Shown: one piece after another, positions 24,558-33,880 of the stretch | Numbering within the stretch: the stretch's first letter is position 1 | Layout: each line of letters begins with the position of its first letter | Origin: Candidatus Falkowbacteria bacterium | Lineage (GTDB): Bacteria; Patescibacteriota; Patescibacteriia; Patescibacteriales; WJLG01 | NCBI GenBank assembly: GCA_963747695.1 | Contig: CAVVFV010000010.1 | Location: forward strand, 197,618 to 261,617 | Direction: 5' to 3' | DNA length: 64,000 nucleotides | Position numbers and translations under genes: made by a program | The notes under the pieces: model-generated | Seen by the model: only the letters and a program-made list of their open reading frames with translations | What the model was told of the DNA's origin: nothing | The model's database searches: none

Positions 24558-26084
24558 ATGAAACTAAAGCTTAAAAAATTTCGTAAATACCTCATGGATG
24601 AACTAAAAAAAGATATTATCGAACCGGCGGTCGAACCTTCGGCACCGCAAATTAGAAAAACCAAAGCCGGCGGCAGGAAATTATTTTACCAGATTTCCTT
24701 TTCCGCGGTTATTTTTTTTGTTGTCGTTTTCCTGCTTTTTTCCTTCCGCGGGCCGATCTCCGATCAGACCAATTCGATCATCGACAAAATTCCGATCTTC
24801 GGCCAGCTTCGGCATCTGGTCAACAGTTCCGATCGCCTGCTCAAAGACGAACAGACCGGCCGGATAAATATCCTGCTCTTGGGCATCGGCGGCAAAAATC
24901 ATGACGGCCCGTATCTGACCGACACGATCATGCTGGCTTCGCTTGATGTCAAAGATAAAAAAATCGCTTTGCTTTCGATTCCGCGCGATCTTTCCATCCC
25001 GGTGGAAAATACCACCGATTGGACGAAAATAAATGACATCGACGCTTTCGCCGAAGCCAAAACCCCCGGCTCGGGCGGAGTGGCCGCTTCCGAAGCGGTG
25101 GCCGATATCTTGGGCGTGCCGGTCGATTATTATGTCCGGGTCGATTTTGACGGTTTCAAGAATGTCATCGATAAGATCGGCGGCATTGACGTTAACGTCG
25201 AAAATACCTTGGATGATTACAGCTACCCGGTCGACGGTCAGGAAGACAATCCCGATTACAATGCCCGCTATATGCATTTGCACGTCGATAAAGGTTTGCA
25301 GCATATGGATGGCACCCTGGCTTTGGAATTTGCCCGGTCGCGCCACGGCGCCGGAGCCGAAGGTTCGGATTTCGCCCGCGCCCGCCGCCAACAGCTGGTT
25401 TTACAGGCAGTCAAAACCAAACTCTTGTCGGTCAACGTCTTGCTCAATCCGGTTCTGGTCACGCAAATCATCAGCGAACTGACCGATCACATCAGCACCA
25501 ATCTGCAAGTCTGGGAAATCGTCAAGGCCTGGACAATGTTCAAGGATGTCAACCAGAGCGATATCATCACCAAAGTGCTGGATAACAGCGCCGGCGGATT
25601 GCTTTATCAAACGATCAACGCTCAAGGCGCTTATGTTCTACTTCCGAATAACGGCGACTTTTCCGCCATTCAATATTTAGCGCAAAATATTTTCAGCCAG
25701 CCGCCGACGCAAACCAAAGACGACGTAGCTACGGAAAGCGCTTCGGTTGAAATTTTGAACGGCACCTGGATCAATGGACTCGCCAACAAGAGCGCGACCG
25801 ATTTGGAAAAATATGACTTTAAAGTGATTGCGGTCGCCAATTCCAGCCGGCAAAATTTTACCACTTCGGTGATCTATGATCTGACCATGGGACAAAAAAT
25901 CGATGCCTTGGCCGTCCTCAAAGAAAAAACCGGCGCCACCGTCACTTTTGATCTGCCCGATTGGCTTAAGGCCGATCTCTCCGCCGAGCTGACTAAAAAT
26001 CCCGGCGAGGAAAAACCCGACTTCGTCCTGGTGCTCGGTCAAGACGCGGACAAAACTAACTCGGGAACAGCCAACACACAATAA
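24558..26084 (+). CDS. LytR-CpsA-Psr (LCP) family cell-envelope phosphotransferase
   Basis: INILLLGIGGKNHDGPYLTDTIMLASLD..LSIPRDL, followed by a LytR C-terminal-like domain. The start may instead be the ATG at 24594, because TTGCCA-17-TATAAT ends at 24558. Confidence 0.8.
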   Translation: MKLKLKKFRKYLMDELKKDIIEPAVEPSAPQIRKTKAGGRKLFYQISFSAVIFFVVVFLLFSFRGPISDQTNSIIDKIPIFGQLRHLVNSSDRLLKDEQTGRINILLLGIGGKNHDGPYLTDTIMLASLDVKDKKIALLSIPRDLSIPVENTTDWTKINDIDAFAEAKTPGSGGVAASEAVADILGVPVDYYVRVDFDGFKNVIDKIGGIDVNVENTLDDYSYPVDGQEDNPDYNARYMHLHVDKGLQHMDGTLALEFARSRHGAGAEGSDFARARRQQLVLQAVKTKLLSVNVLLNPVLVTQIISELTDHISTNLQVWEIVKAWTMFKDVNQSDIITKVLDNSAGGLLYQTINAQGAYVLLPNNGDFSAIQYLAQNIFSQPPTQTKDDVATESASVEILNGTWINGLANKSATDLEKYDFKVIAVANSSRQNFTTSVIYDLTMGQKIDALAVLKEKTGATVTFDLPDWLKADLSAELTKNPGEEKPDFVLVLGQDADKTNSGTANTQ

Positions 26085-26234
26085 ATTAAAAATGAAAAGT
26101 TAAAAGTTAAAAATAGGGATTAATTATCCCTTTTTTTGTCTATAAATTTTAAAAATATTTATAATTTTTAACTTTTAATTTTTAATTGTCCCGTCTCTTG
26201 CTACATCCAACTTTCTACTCTATACTCTAAATAT

Positions 26235-27731
26235 ATGCCTAAAACTAAGAAAAAAATGCCTCTGGTCGTCATCTTCGGCCGGACCAATGTCGGTAAATCC
26301 ACGCTTTTCAATACTTTGGTGGAAAAACACCAGGCGATCGTCTCCGATATCGCCGGCACGACCCGCGACAGCAACGTCAACATCGTCCGCTGGGGCGGTT
26401 TTGCTTTTGAACTGATTGACACCGGCGGCATCATCAACCCCGACCAGGACACGCTTTTCAAAAAATCCAAGGGTGGCCAGGAAATTAAAACCGAAGATGA
26501 AATAAATATCAAAGTGCAAAAACAAGCGGTGCAATATTTAAAGCTGGCCGACCTGGTGCTATTTGTGGTTGATAACAAAACCGGAATATTGCCGGCTGAC
26601 CGGCAGATGATCAACGTCTTGCGAAAAAATTTGACCGGCGCGATCGAGGACAAAATATTATTGGTTGCCAATAAAGTCGATTCGCAGGCGCAGCAAGCCG
26701 ATGCGGCCGAATTCAACCGGCTCGGCTTGGGCGAACCGTTTATGATTTCCGCGGTAACCGGTTCGGGCACCGGCGATCTTCTGGATCTGATCGCTAAATT
26801 TCTGAAGAAAAGAAAATTATCAGTCAAAGAAAAAACCGAGGAAGAAGAAAAAATTTCCGTCTGCATGCTCGGCAAACCGAACGTCGGCAAATCATCTTTG
26901 TTGAATTCTCTTTTAGGCTATGAAAAAGTGATCGTCTCGCCCATCCCGCACACGACTCGCGAACCGCAGAACACCGAATTGGAATATCTGGGTAAAAAAA
27001 TAATCCTGATCGATACGGCCGGAATTTCCCAGCACGCTCATCAGGCCGAAGGTTTGGAAAAATACGGCGTGGAAAAATCTCTGGCAACATTGCGCCGCTC
27101 GGATATCGTCTTGCTCGTTTTGGATATTAATGAAGTTCTGACTCATCAAGACGCGAAGTTAGTTGAGGAGATCGTCGAAGCCGGAAATAGTTTGATCATC
27201 ATTGCCAATAAATGGGATTTGGTCCATCCCCGGGATACCAAAAAATATACCGCGATCATCCGTGATCATTTTCCTTTTGCCGATTGGGCGCCGATCCAGT
27301 TCGTTTCCGCCAAGACCGGAGAAAAAGTGCAAAAAATATTCGATCTGATCATCGAATTGGAAGCGGCCAGAAAAATCCAGCTTTCCGCTTCGCAATTAGC
27401 CCATTTCCTGTCCAAGATCGTCAAAATCCATCGTCCGGCCAAAGGCAAGGGAACCCGGCCGCCGCATATTTACGAACTCAAGCAGGAAGGCGTTGATCCG
27501 CCGGTTTTCGAAGTCCGCATCGGCCCCGACGACAATCTGCATTTTTCTTATACCCGTTTCATCATCAATAAGCTGCGCGAACGGTTCGGCTTCAACGGCG
27601 TACCAATCAAAATTTACGTGGCGAATAAGCCGAAAGTTCACGGTCAGATGGGCTTGCCCGGCCGCAAACGCGCCATCCCCGGCCGCCCGCCGGCAATACC
27701 TCGGCGTTATCGCGCCGCAAGAAGAAAGTAA
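26235..27731 (+). CDS. der: ribosome-associated GTPase Der (EngA)
   Basis: Two P-loops (GRTNVGKST, GKPNVGKSS) and a KH-like domain, plus a basic Pro/Arg-rich C-terminal tail. Confidence 0.9.
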   Translation: MPKTKKKMPLVVIFGRTNVGKSTLFNTLVEKHQAIVSDIAGTTRDSNVNIVRWGGFAFELIDTGGIINPDQDTLFKKSKGGQEIKTEDEINIKVQKQAVQYLKLADLVLFVVDNKTGILPADRQMINVLRKNLTGAIEDKILLVANKVDSQAQQADAAEFNRLGLGEPFMISAVTGSGTGDLLDLIAKFLKKRKLSVKEKTEEEEKISVCMLGKPNVGKSSLLNSLLGYEKVIVSPIPHTTREPQNTELEYLGKKIILIDTAGISQHAHQAEGLEKYGVEKSLATLRRSDIVLLVLDINEVLTHQDAKLVEEIVEAGNSLIIIANKWDLVHPRDTKKYTAIIRDHFPFADWAPIQFVSAKTGEKVQKIFDLIIELEAARKIQLSASQLAHFLSKIVKIHRPAKGKGTRPPHIYELKQEGVDPPVFEVRIGPDDNLHFSYTRFIINKLRERFGFNGVPIKIYVANKPKVHGQMGLPGRKRAIPGRPPAIPRRYRAARRK

Positions 27732-27826
27732 TGAAAAATGAAAAAGTCAAAATGTAAAATTATTGAGTCCGCCACTGGCGGACGAAATTCATTAATTTTT
27801 CATTTTGAGATTTACATTTTAAATTT

Positions 27827-28366
27827 ATGAAGATCATCGTCGGCCTGGGAAATCCGGGCCAAGAATTCGAAAACACCAGGCACAATGCCGGCTTTATGCT
27901 GGTTGATAAGCTGGCGCACGATGCCGGTGCCACTTGGAAATTCAACAAACACTTTAAAGCTGAACTGGCTGAAAGCCGCGGCGTTTTTTTCGTCAAACCG
28001 CAAACTTTCATGAACGATTCAGGCGTCGCGGTCACCGCCGTATTATCTTATTACAAATTATTGCCCAAAACTCTGGGAATCTTAAAAGCCAAAGGCGCCG
28101 ACCTTTCCCAAATTCTAACCGTCATCCATGATGACCTGGACATTCCGTTCGGCACTTATAAAGTTTCCGTCAATTCCCGCTCGGCCGGCCACAAAGGCGT
28201 GCAATCAATCATTAATCACCTTAAGACAAAAAATTTCCGCCGCATCCGCCTCGGTATCAAAACTCCCAATCGCGGCCAAATCCCGGCCGACAAATTTGTG
28301 CTGATGAAATTCAACGCGGACGAAAAAGAAAAACTCAATGCCTTGATTAAGACTATTAAAATTTAA
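27827..28366 (+). CDS. pth: peptidyl-tRNA hydrolase
   Basis: MKIIVGLGNPGQEFENTRHNAGF and HDDLD motifs. Confidence 0.9.
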   Translation: MKIIVGLGNPGQEFENTRHNAGFMLVDKLAHDAGATWKFNKHFKAELAESRGVFFVKPQTFMNDSGVAVTAVLSYYKLLPKTLGILKAKGADLSQILTVIHDDLDIPFGTYKVSVNSRSAGHKGVQSIINHLKTKNFRRIRLGIKTPNRGQIPADKFVLMKFNADEKEKLNALIKTIKI

Positions 28367-28367
28367 T

Positions 28368-28760
28368 ATGAAGAATTTTAACGGCGTAATAATCGAGGAG
28401 AGTCTCGAGGATAAGGATGTTTTGAAAAAAATAAATATTCTAAAAACTAAGATTGAACAAGTTACCGAGAAACATAAAACTCCCTGGATTAAACAATGGA
28501 CCTTACATACGGTTGAAGTGTCAGAAAACCGGGCTGGCGATGTCGCAGAGGAAATTAGTAAATCTCTGGATTCTAAACATAATTGGTACGCTGACTTCAA
28601 AAACAATTCTTATCACTATATAATCTTTCACGGTAAAGTTTTTTTCATCGACAGAAAAAGCAGAGAACAATACGACAAAGCTAAAAAATACGGGATCTCT
28701 TTGGGCATTCCCGAATATCAGGTGGACTTCCACCCAAACATTAAAGAATGGGAGAGATAA
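28368..28760 (+). CDS. hypothetical protein, tightly adjacent to pth (2 nt gap)
   Basis: The ATG lies 2 nt after the pth stop. 130 aa, no recognised motif. Confidence 0.5.
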   Translation: MKNFNGVIIEESLEDKDVLKKINILKTKIEQVTEKHKTPWIKQWTLHTVEVSENRAGDVAEEISKSLDSKHNWYADFKNNSYHYIIFHGKVFFIDRKSREQYDKAKKYGISLGIPEYQVDFHPNIKEWER

Positions 28761-28781
28761 ATTAAAACAAAACAACATTGC

Positions 28782-29005
28782 TGCGCGCATTGGAAAATTT
28801 TGGATAAGACGCGCAGCGTATCACCGCCGCTGGCGGGACAGGGAAACCGTGCAAAATTGCGTTGCTTGAGGAGGCGCCGCGCCGACGAGGTTAGCAATTT
28901 TGCTAGGTTTCATAGCGGAGCGTCCCAAAATTTGTCCAGCTCGCAGTTTTCTTGCCCCGTCATTTTTGCGGGGTTGCGCCACTTTTTCTAAAAAAGTGGC
29001 AAAAT
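28782..29005 (+). repeat. copy 2 of the 4-copy structured repeat family
   Basis: Same conserved blocks as copy 1, plus two extra hairpin modules. Confidence 0.9.
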
Positions 29006-29011
29006 AATTCT

Positions 29012-29407
29012 ATGGTGCGAAACGTAGCCGTAATAATTCTCTTCGACGAAGATAAAAAAATATTGCTTCAGCACCGCGCCGATAACGCCTTGAGACTTCC
29101 GGGCTATTGGGCATTTTTTGGTGGCGGAATTGAGCCGGGCGAGACCCCCGAACAGACGGTGAGACGGGAGTCTTTGGAAGAATTAAATTACCCGCTTACC
29201 AATCCCAAATTAATAATGAAACAGAATTTTATCTCGCACGGCGACGATAATGAAAAATATGTTTTTATGGAAGAATATGATCCCAATAAAAAAATCGCTT
29301 TGGGCGAGGGACAAGGTTTAGGCTGGTATCATCTTGCGGAAGCCAGCAAATTAAAAATCTTTGGCCACGATCTTGATGTTCTTGAATATATCGCGGACAA
29401 ATACTAA
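29012..29407 (+). CDS. NUDIX hydrolase
   Basis: Nudix box GGGIEPGETPEQTVRRESLEELN. The ATG at 29012 is preferred because upstream codons belong to the repeat. Confidence 0.8.
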   Translation: MVRNVAVIILFDEDKKILLQHRADNALRLPGYWAFFGGGIEPGETPEQTVRRESLEELNYPLTNPKLIMKQNFISHGDDNEKYVFMEEYDPNKKIALGEGQGLGWYHLAEASKLKIFGHDLDVLEYIADKY

Positions 29408-29719
29408 ATAAATAAAGTTTACCACATCGCAGTGCCCGGCGCGGGACTGCGGCGAAACCAACGTTGGCAGCAGCCCGCGGCGAGACTGCTGCATGGCTAT
29501 CAAAAAACCGGCCTCAAGCCGGATTTTTATTTACAAAAAATATTTTTAATTTTTAACTTTTAATTGATCAGTTCTGACGCACAAAATTCTGCTTAAAAGC
29601 AAGGTTGCCCTTTTTAAAACCGAGCCGAATCAAGGAGGGGCGATTCAACAAGGTTACTTTCAAGCAGAATACTAGGCGCCAGAGCCCCTCCAGGCTGACG
29701 TGAATTTATGATACAATGG

Positions 29720-29920
29720 ATAGCGTTCGCTTTGCCGCTTGCTTTACGGCAGATGAATGAACAAGGAGGAATGCATCCAGCAACCGATAAAACAGGCAGC
29801 AAACCAAACGCTAAACAAATTGAGGGGGAAACCCTTGATAGGGTTTTCCCCTCAAGACTCCCCTTTCCAAAGTGCTCGGGTCGCGGAATGAATCCGCCGA
29901 CCCTCGCGGTTTTTTTATCT
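29720..29920 (+). ncRNA. candidate small RNA or leader upstream of dprA
   Basis: Extended -10 TGATACAAT at 29709-29717. A 15-bp hairpin TTGAGGGGGAAACCC/GGGTTTTCCCCTCAA. A terminal GC hairpin followed by TTTTTTT at about 29910-29917. Confidence 0.3.
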
Positions 29921-30017
29921 ATAAACCTCTTAAGTGTTGTTTAATATTATCACAGTAAAAAATCCCGTCAAGGGGAAAATATCTATCGTTAAATTAGATT
30001 AAATATTAGCCAAAAAT

Positions 30018-31115
30018 ATGGAGGGGAACGATAAAAATTATCTGATCGCTTTGACTTATTTCCGCAAGTTCGGACCGGTCAGTTTGAAAAAATTAAAAAA
30101 TTATTTTCCCGACTGGAAAAATACCTTTTATGCGTCGGCCGAGGAAATAGCGCGCGCGGGAATCGATGAAAAAATCGCGAATGAATTCACTGCGGCAAGA
30201 ATAAATATAGTCCCTGAAAAAATTTCCGCCTATTTGACACGTGAAAATATCCAAACTGTTTCGTTGGCAGAAGACGACTACCCGGCCTTGCTCAAGGAAA
30301 TATTTTATCCGCCGTTTCTCTTGTTTTATCGCGGTAAGCTCGCCGTTAACGGCTTGAAAACCTTGGCCGTGGTCGGGGCGCGCAAATGCACCTATTACGG
30401 CCAGCAAGCGATTGAAAAATTGATTCCGCCGCTCGTCGAAGCGCGGATTTTAATTATCAGCGGCTTGGCGATCGGCATCGATTCGCTTTCGCAGCAAGCC
30501 ACGGTCAAGTCCGGCGGCCGGACGATCGCCGTTCTCGGCTCCGGCATCGACCGGGCAAGCATTTATCCGGCACAGAATCTGGAACTCTCAGAACAGATTA
30601 TCGCCCAAGGCGGAGCCATCGTTTCCGAATTTCCGCCCGGCACGCCGCCCCTAAGGCAAAATTTCCCGCAGCGCAACCGGATCATCGCCGGCCTGGCCCA
30701 GGCGACGCTGGTCGTCGAGGCCAATCAGAAGTCCGGATCATTGATCACGGCCCGCTTCGCGCTGGAAGAAGGGCGAGAGGTGATGGCGGTGCCGGGAAAT
30801 ATTTTTTCGCCGGCATCCGAAGGACCGAATAATCTGATTAAATCCGGGGCGAAACCGATATTTTCCGCCGTTGATATTCTCGAATCATTCGGATTTTTTC
30901 CGGAAAATGATGCGCCAAATCTGCCCAGGGATTTTTCCCAATTCAATCTTGATGAACGGAAAATCTTGGCGGCTCTATCAAACGAACCGACCAATCTCGA
31001 TGAGCTCATCCGTGCCGCCAAACTTGACACAAAAATAATAAATAGTACACTGACTATATTGGAAATCAAAAAGGCCGTAAAAAACGTTGGCGGCGGAAAC
31101 TATATATTAATTTAA
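30018..31115 (+). CDS. dprA: DNA processing protein DprA (Smf)
   Basis: LAVVGARKCTYYG, SGLAIGIDS and QNFPQRNRIIAGL motifs. Confidence 0.85.
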   Translation: MEGNDKNYLIALTYFRKFGPVSLKKLKNYFPDWKNTFYASAEEIARAGIDEKIANEFTAARINIVPEKISAYLTRENIQTVSLAEDDYPALLKEIFYPPFLLFYRGKLAVNGLKTLAVVGARKCTYYGQQAIEKLIPPLVEARILIISGLAIGIDSLSQQATVKSGGRTIAVLGSGIDRASIYPAQNLELSEQIIAQGGAIVSEFPPGTPPLRQNFPQRNRIIAGLAQATLVVEANQKSGSLITARFALEEGREVMAVPGNIFSPASEGPNNLIKSGAKPIFSAVDILESFGFFPENDAPNLPRDFSQFNLDERKILAALSNEPTNLDELIRAAKLDTKIINSTLTILEIKKAVKNVGGGNYILI

Positions 31116-31234
31116 ACGAAAATTTTTTGATTTTTTTTAAAGAAATGTAATATTGTTATATTGCCATATTGTTAAGCAACGAAATTTATGATCTTAGCAG
31201 TATAACAATATGACAATATAGCAATTTAATTTTT

Positions 31235-33493
31235 ATGGACTTAATCATCGTCGAGTCGCCAACTAAAGCCAAAACCATCACCAAATTCCTCGGCAAAGGT
31301 TTCGAGGTGGAATCTTCCTACGGCCATGTCCGTGATCTGCCAAAAAGCGAGATGGGTATTGATATTGAACATAATTTCGCGCCTTCCTATATCATCCCGA
31401 CCGCGGCGCGGAAGAATGTCACTAAGCTAAAAAAATTGGCAGCCAAAGCCGACAAAGTCATACTCGCGACCGATGAAGACCGCGAAGGGGAAGCGATCGC
31501 CTGGCATCTCTTAGAAGCTTTGGATATTCCAGAATCGAAGACCGAGCGTATCGCTTTCCATGAAATCACCAAAGAAGCGATCCTGGAGGCTTTGAAAACA
31601 CCGCGGGATTTGGATTTGAATCTGGTGGATGCCCAGCAGGCGCGCCGCATTTTGGATCGGCTAGTCGGTTATGAGCTATCCCCTTTCCTTTGGAAAAAAG
31701 TTGCCCGCGGACTTTCCGCCGGCCGCGTCCAATCGGTCGCGGTCCGCTTGATCGTCGAGAAAGAACGGGAAATCCAGGCTTTCAAACCAGAAGAATATTG
31801 GGATATCTTGGGTAAATTTCTGACTGCCAAAAATGAAAGCTTCGAGGCTTCACTCAATAAGATCGACGGCAAGACCGTGGAAAAATTGGCGATCAAGAAT
31901 AAAGAAGAGGCCGACAAAATTCTGGCTGATTTGAACAATGCTAAATATATCGTCGCTGGCGTCGAGCAAAAACAAAGCAAAAAGAATCCGCCCGCGCCGT
32001 TTACTACTTCCACTTTACAGCAGGCCGCCAACTCCATTTTAGGATTTTCCGCCAAGCAGACGATGATGATCGCCCAGCAATTATACGAAGGCGCCGAGAT
32101 CGCCGGCGAGGGCCAAGTCGGGTTGATCACCTATATGAGAACCGATTCGCTGAATCTTTCAGAAAAATTCTTAACCGATGCCCATAATTATTTGAAAGAT
32201 AGTTTTGACGGCAAATACGTAATCGCCGAACCGCGCAAATTCAAAACTAAAAGCAAAGGCGCCCAGGAAGCGCACGAAGCCATCCGCCCGACTGAAGCGC
32301 ACCGCGCGCCTGAATCGCTCGAAGCTTCGCTTACCCCGAATCAATTCAAACTATATAAATTGATCTGGCAGCGCGCCATGGCTTCCCAGATGCCGGAAGC
32401 AATCGTCAACTCGGCTTCTATTAATATTGATGCGCAGAACACTCCTTACCAATTCCGCGCTACCGGACAAACTTTGGTTTTCGACGGTTATCTGAAACTT
32501 TATCCGGAAAAGATCTCTGACAATGTTTTGCCGGTCGTGGCAGAAAAAGAAGAAGTCAAATTGGAAAATTTGAACGGTGAACAGCATTTCACCAAGCCGC
32601 CCGCCCGCTATTCCGACGCCACTTTGGTCAAGCAATTGGAAGAATACGGCATCGGCCGCCCTTCCACCTACGCGCCGACCATCGCCACCATCATCGAACG
32701 GAATTATGTCGCCCGCGATGACGCCAAGAAACTGAAACCGACCGATATCGCTTTCGTCGTTAATGATTTGCTCGTGGCGCATTTTCCCCAGATCGTCGAT
32801 TTCAAATTCACCGCCGAGATGGAAAATAATCTGGACGCGGTCGCTGAAGGCGAAAAGAAATGGCAGCCGGTCATCAGTGATTTTTATAAACCTTTCCACG
32901 AAAATTTAACGGCCAAATACGACGAGGTCGATAAGAATAAAATTATGCCTGAAGAAAAATCCGATGTTAAATGCGACAAGTGCGGCGCGCCGATGATCAT
33001 CAAAACCGGCCGCTATGGAAAATTCCTCGCCTGTTCGGCTTTTCCGAAATGCAAGAACATCAAATCCTTGGACGTTAATAAGGACGGTAAGGTCGATGGT
33101 AAAGACAAAGTCGCCTCAGAAGAGATGGAAAAGCTGAAAGAAAAATACAAAGACCAGGTCTGCGAAAAATGCGGATCGCCGATGATCATCCGCAACGGCC
33201 GCTTCGGTATGTTCCTCGCCTGCTCCGGCTATCCCAAATGCAAGAACATCAAGAATATGGAAGAGAACAAAGTCGGCACCGGCATCACCTGTCCCGCTTG
33301 CGGCAAAGGCGAGATCGTCCAAAAACGTTCACGCCGCGGCATCTTCTACGCCTGCAACAATTATCCCGAATGCAAGAATGCCTACTCCGGCAAACCGGTC
33401 AACGAAAAATGCCCGGAATGCGGCGCCCTATTAATGGAAGGCAAGGACGGACTCAAATGTTCCAGTAAGGAATGCGAATACGTCAAAAGCTGA
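31235..33493 (+). CDS. topA: DNA topoisomerase I
   Basis: Toprim N-terminus MDLIIVESPTKAKTI and the active-site Tyr context LITYMRTDS. Four C-terminal C4 zinc ribbons. Confidence 0.95.
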   Translation: MDLIIVESPTKAKTITKFLGKGFEVESSYGHVRDLPKSEMGIDIEHNFAPSYIIPTAARKNVTKLKKLAAKADKVILATDEDREGEAIAWHLLEALDIPESKTERIAFHEITKEAILEALKTPRDLDLNLVDAQQARRILDRLVGYELSPFLWKKVARGLSAGRVQSVAVRLIVEKEREIQAFKPEEYWDILGKFLTAKNESFEASLNKIDGKTVEKLAIKNKEEADKILADLNNAKYIVAGVEQKQSKKNPPAPFTTSTLQQAANSILGFSAKQTMMIAQQLYEGAEIAGEGQVGLITYMRTDSLNLSEKFLTDAHNYLKDSFDGKYVIAEPRKFKTKSKGAQEAHEAIRPTEAHRAPESLEASLTPNQFKLYKLIWQRAMASQMPEAIVNSASINIDAQNTPYQFRATGQTLVFDGYLKLYPEKISDNVLPVVAEKEEVKLENLNGEQHFTKPPARYSDATLVKQLEEYGIGRPSTYAPTIATIIERNYVARDDAKKLKPTDIAFVVNDLLVAHFPQIVDFKFTAEMENNLDAVAEGEKKWQPVISDFYKPFHENLTAKYDEVDKNKIMPEEKSDVKCDKCGAPMIIKTGRYGKFLACSAFPKCKNIKSLDVNKDGKVDGKDKVASEEMEKLKEKYKDQVCEKCGSPMIIRNGRFGMFLACSGYPKCKNIKNMEENKVGTGITCPACGKGEIVQKRSRRGIFYACNNYPECKNAYSGKPVNEKCPECGALLMEGKDGLKCSSKECEYVKS

Positions 33494-33639
33494 TTAGTGA
33501 ATTAGTCGATTAGGTACTTAGTCTTCAAAATTTCAAGTTGTCTCTATAAAAAAATCGTCAGCGTAAAGCTGGCGGTTTTTTGCTTTTGTCATCCTGAGCG
33601 CCTCGCGAAGGATCTGGTACTTCCAAAATCATCAAACAT

Positions 33640-33822
33640 CTTTTGCCACTTTTTTTTGGAAAAAAGTGGCGCAAAAAAACGCGCGCTGGACAAATTTTGG
33701 GACGCTCCGCTAGGAAACCTAGCAAAATTGCTATACTTGCTGACGCGGCGTCAGCTTCGGACAACGCAATTTTGCACGGTTTCCACGCTACGCGTCTTAT
33801 CCAAAATTTTCCAATGCGCACT
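33640..33822 (-). repeat. copy 3 (reverse orientation) of the 4-copy structured repeat family
   Basis: The reverse complement aligns block by block with copy 4. Lies between the convergent topA and NERD genes. Confidence 0.9.
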
Positions 33823-33880
33823 ACAAAGAATATTTTATAAAAAATCTTCTACAATTTACTGACAATTCTTTAAAACGTCA

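Noticed and set aside
26085-26200. CRISPR-like periodic short repeats (aaaagttaaaag words), and similar stretches at 3855-3922, 27728-27826 and 63750-63880
   Set aside because: The repeats are short words arranged as inverted arms of one hairpin. There are no unique spacers and no cas genes, so this is not a CRISPR array.
29708-29944. 78-aa ORF, or the 57-aa version from ATG 29771
   Set aside because: SD spacing is 1 nt, and the ORF reads through two strong hairpins and a terminator. It is treated as a candidate RNA region.
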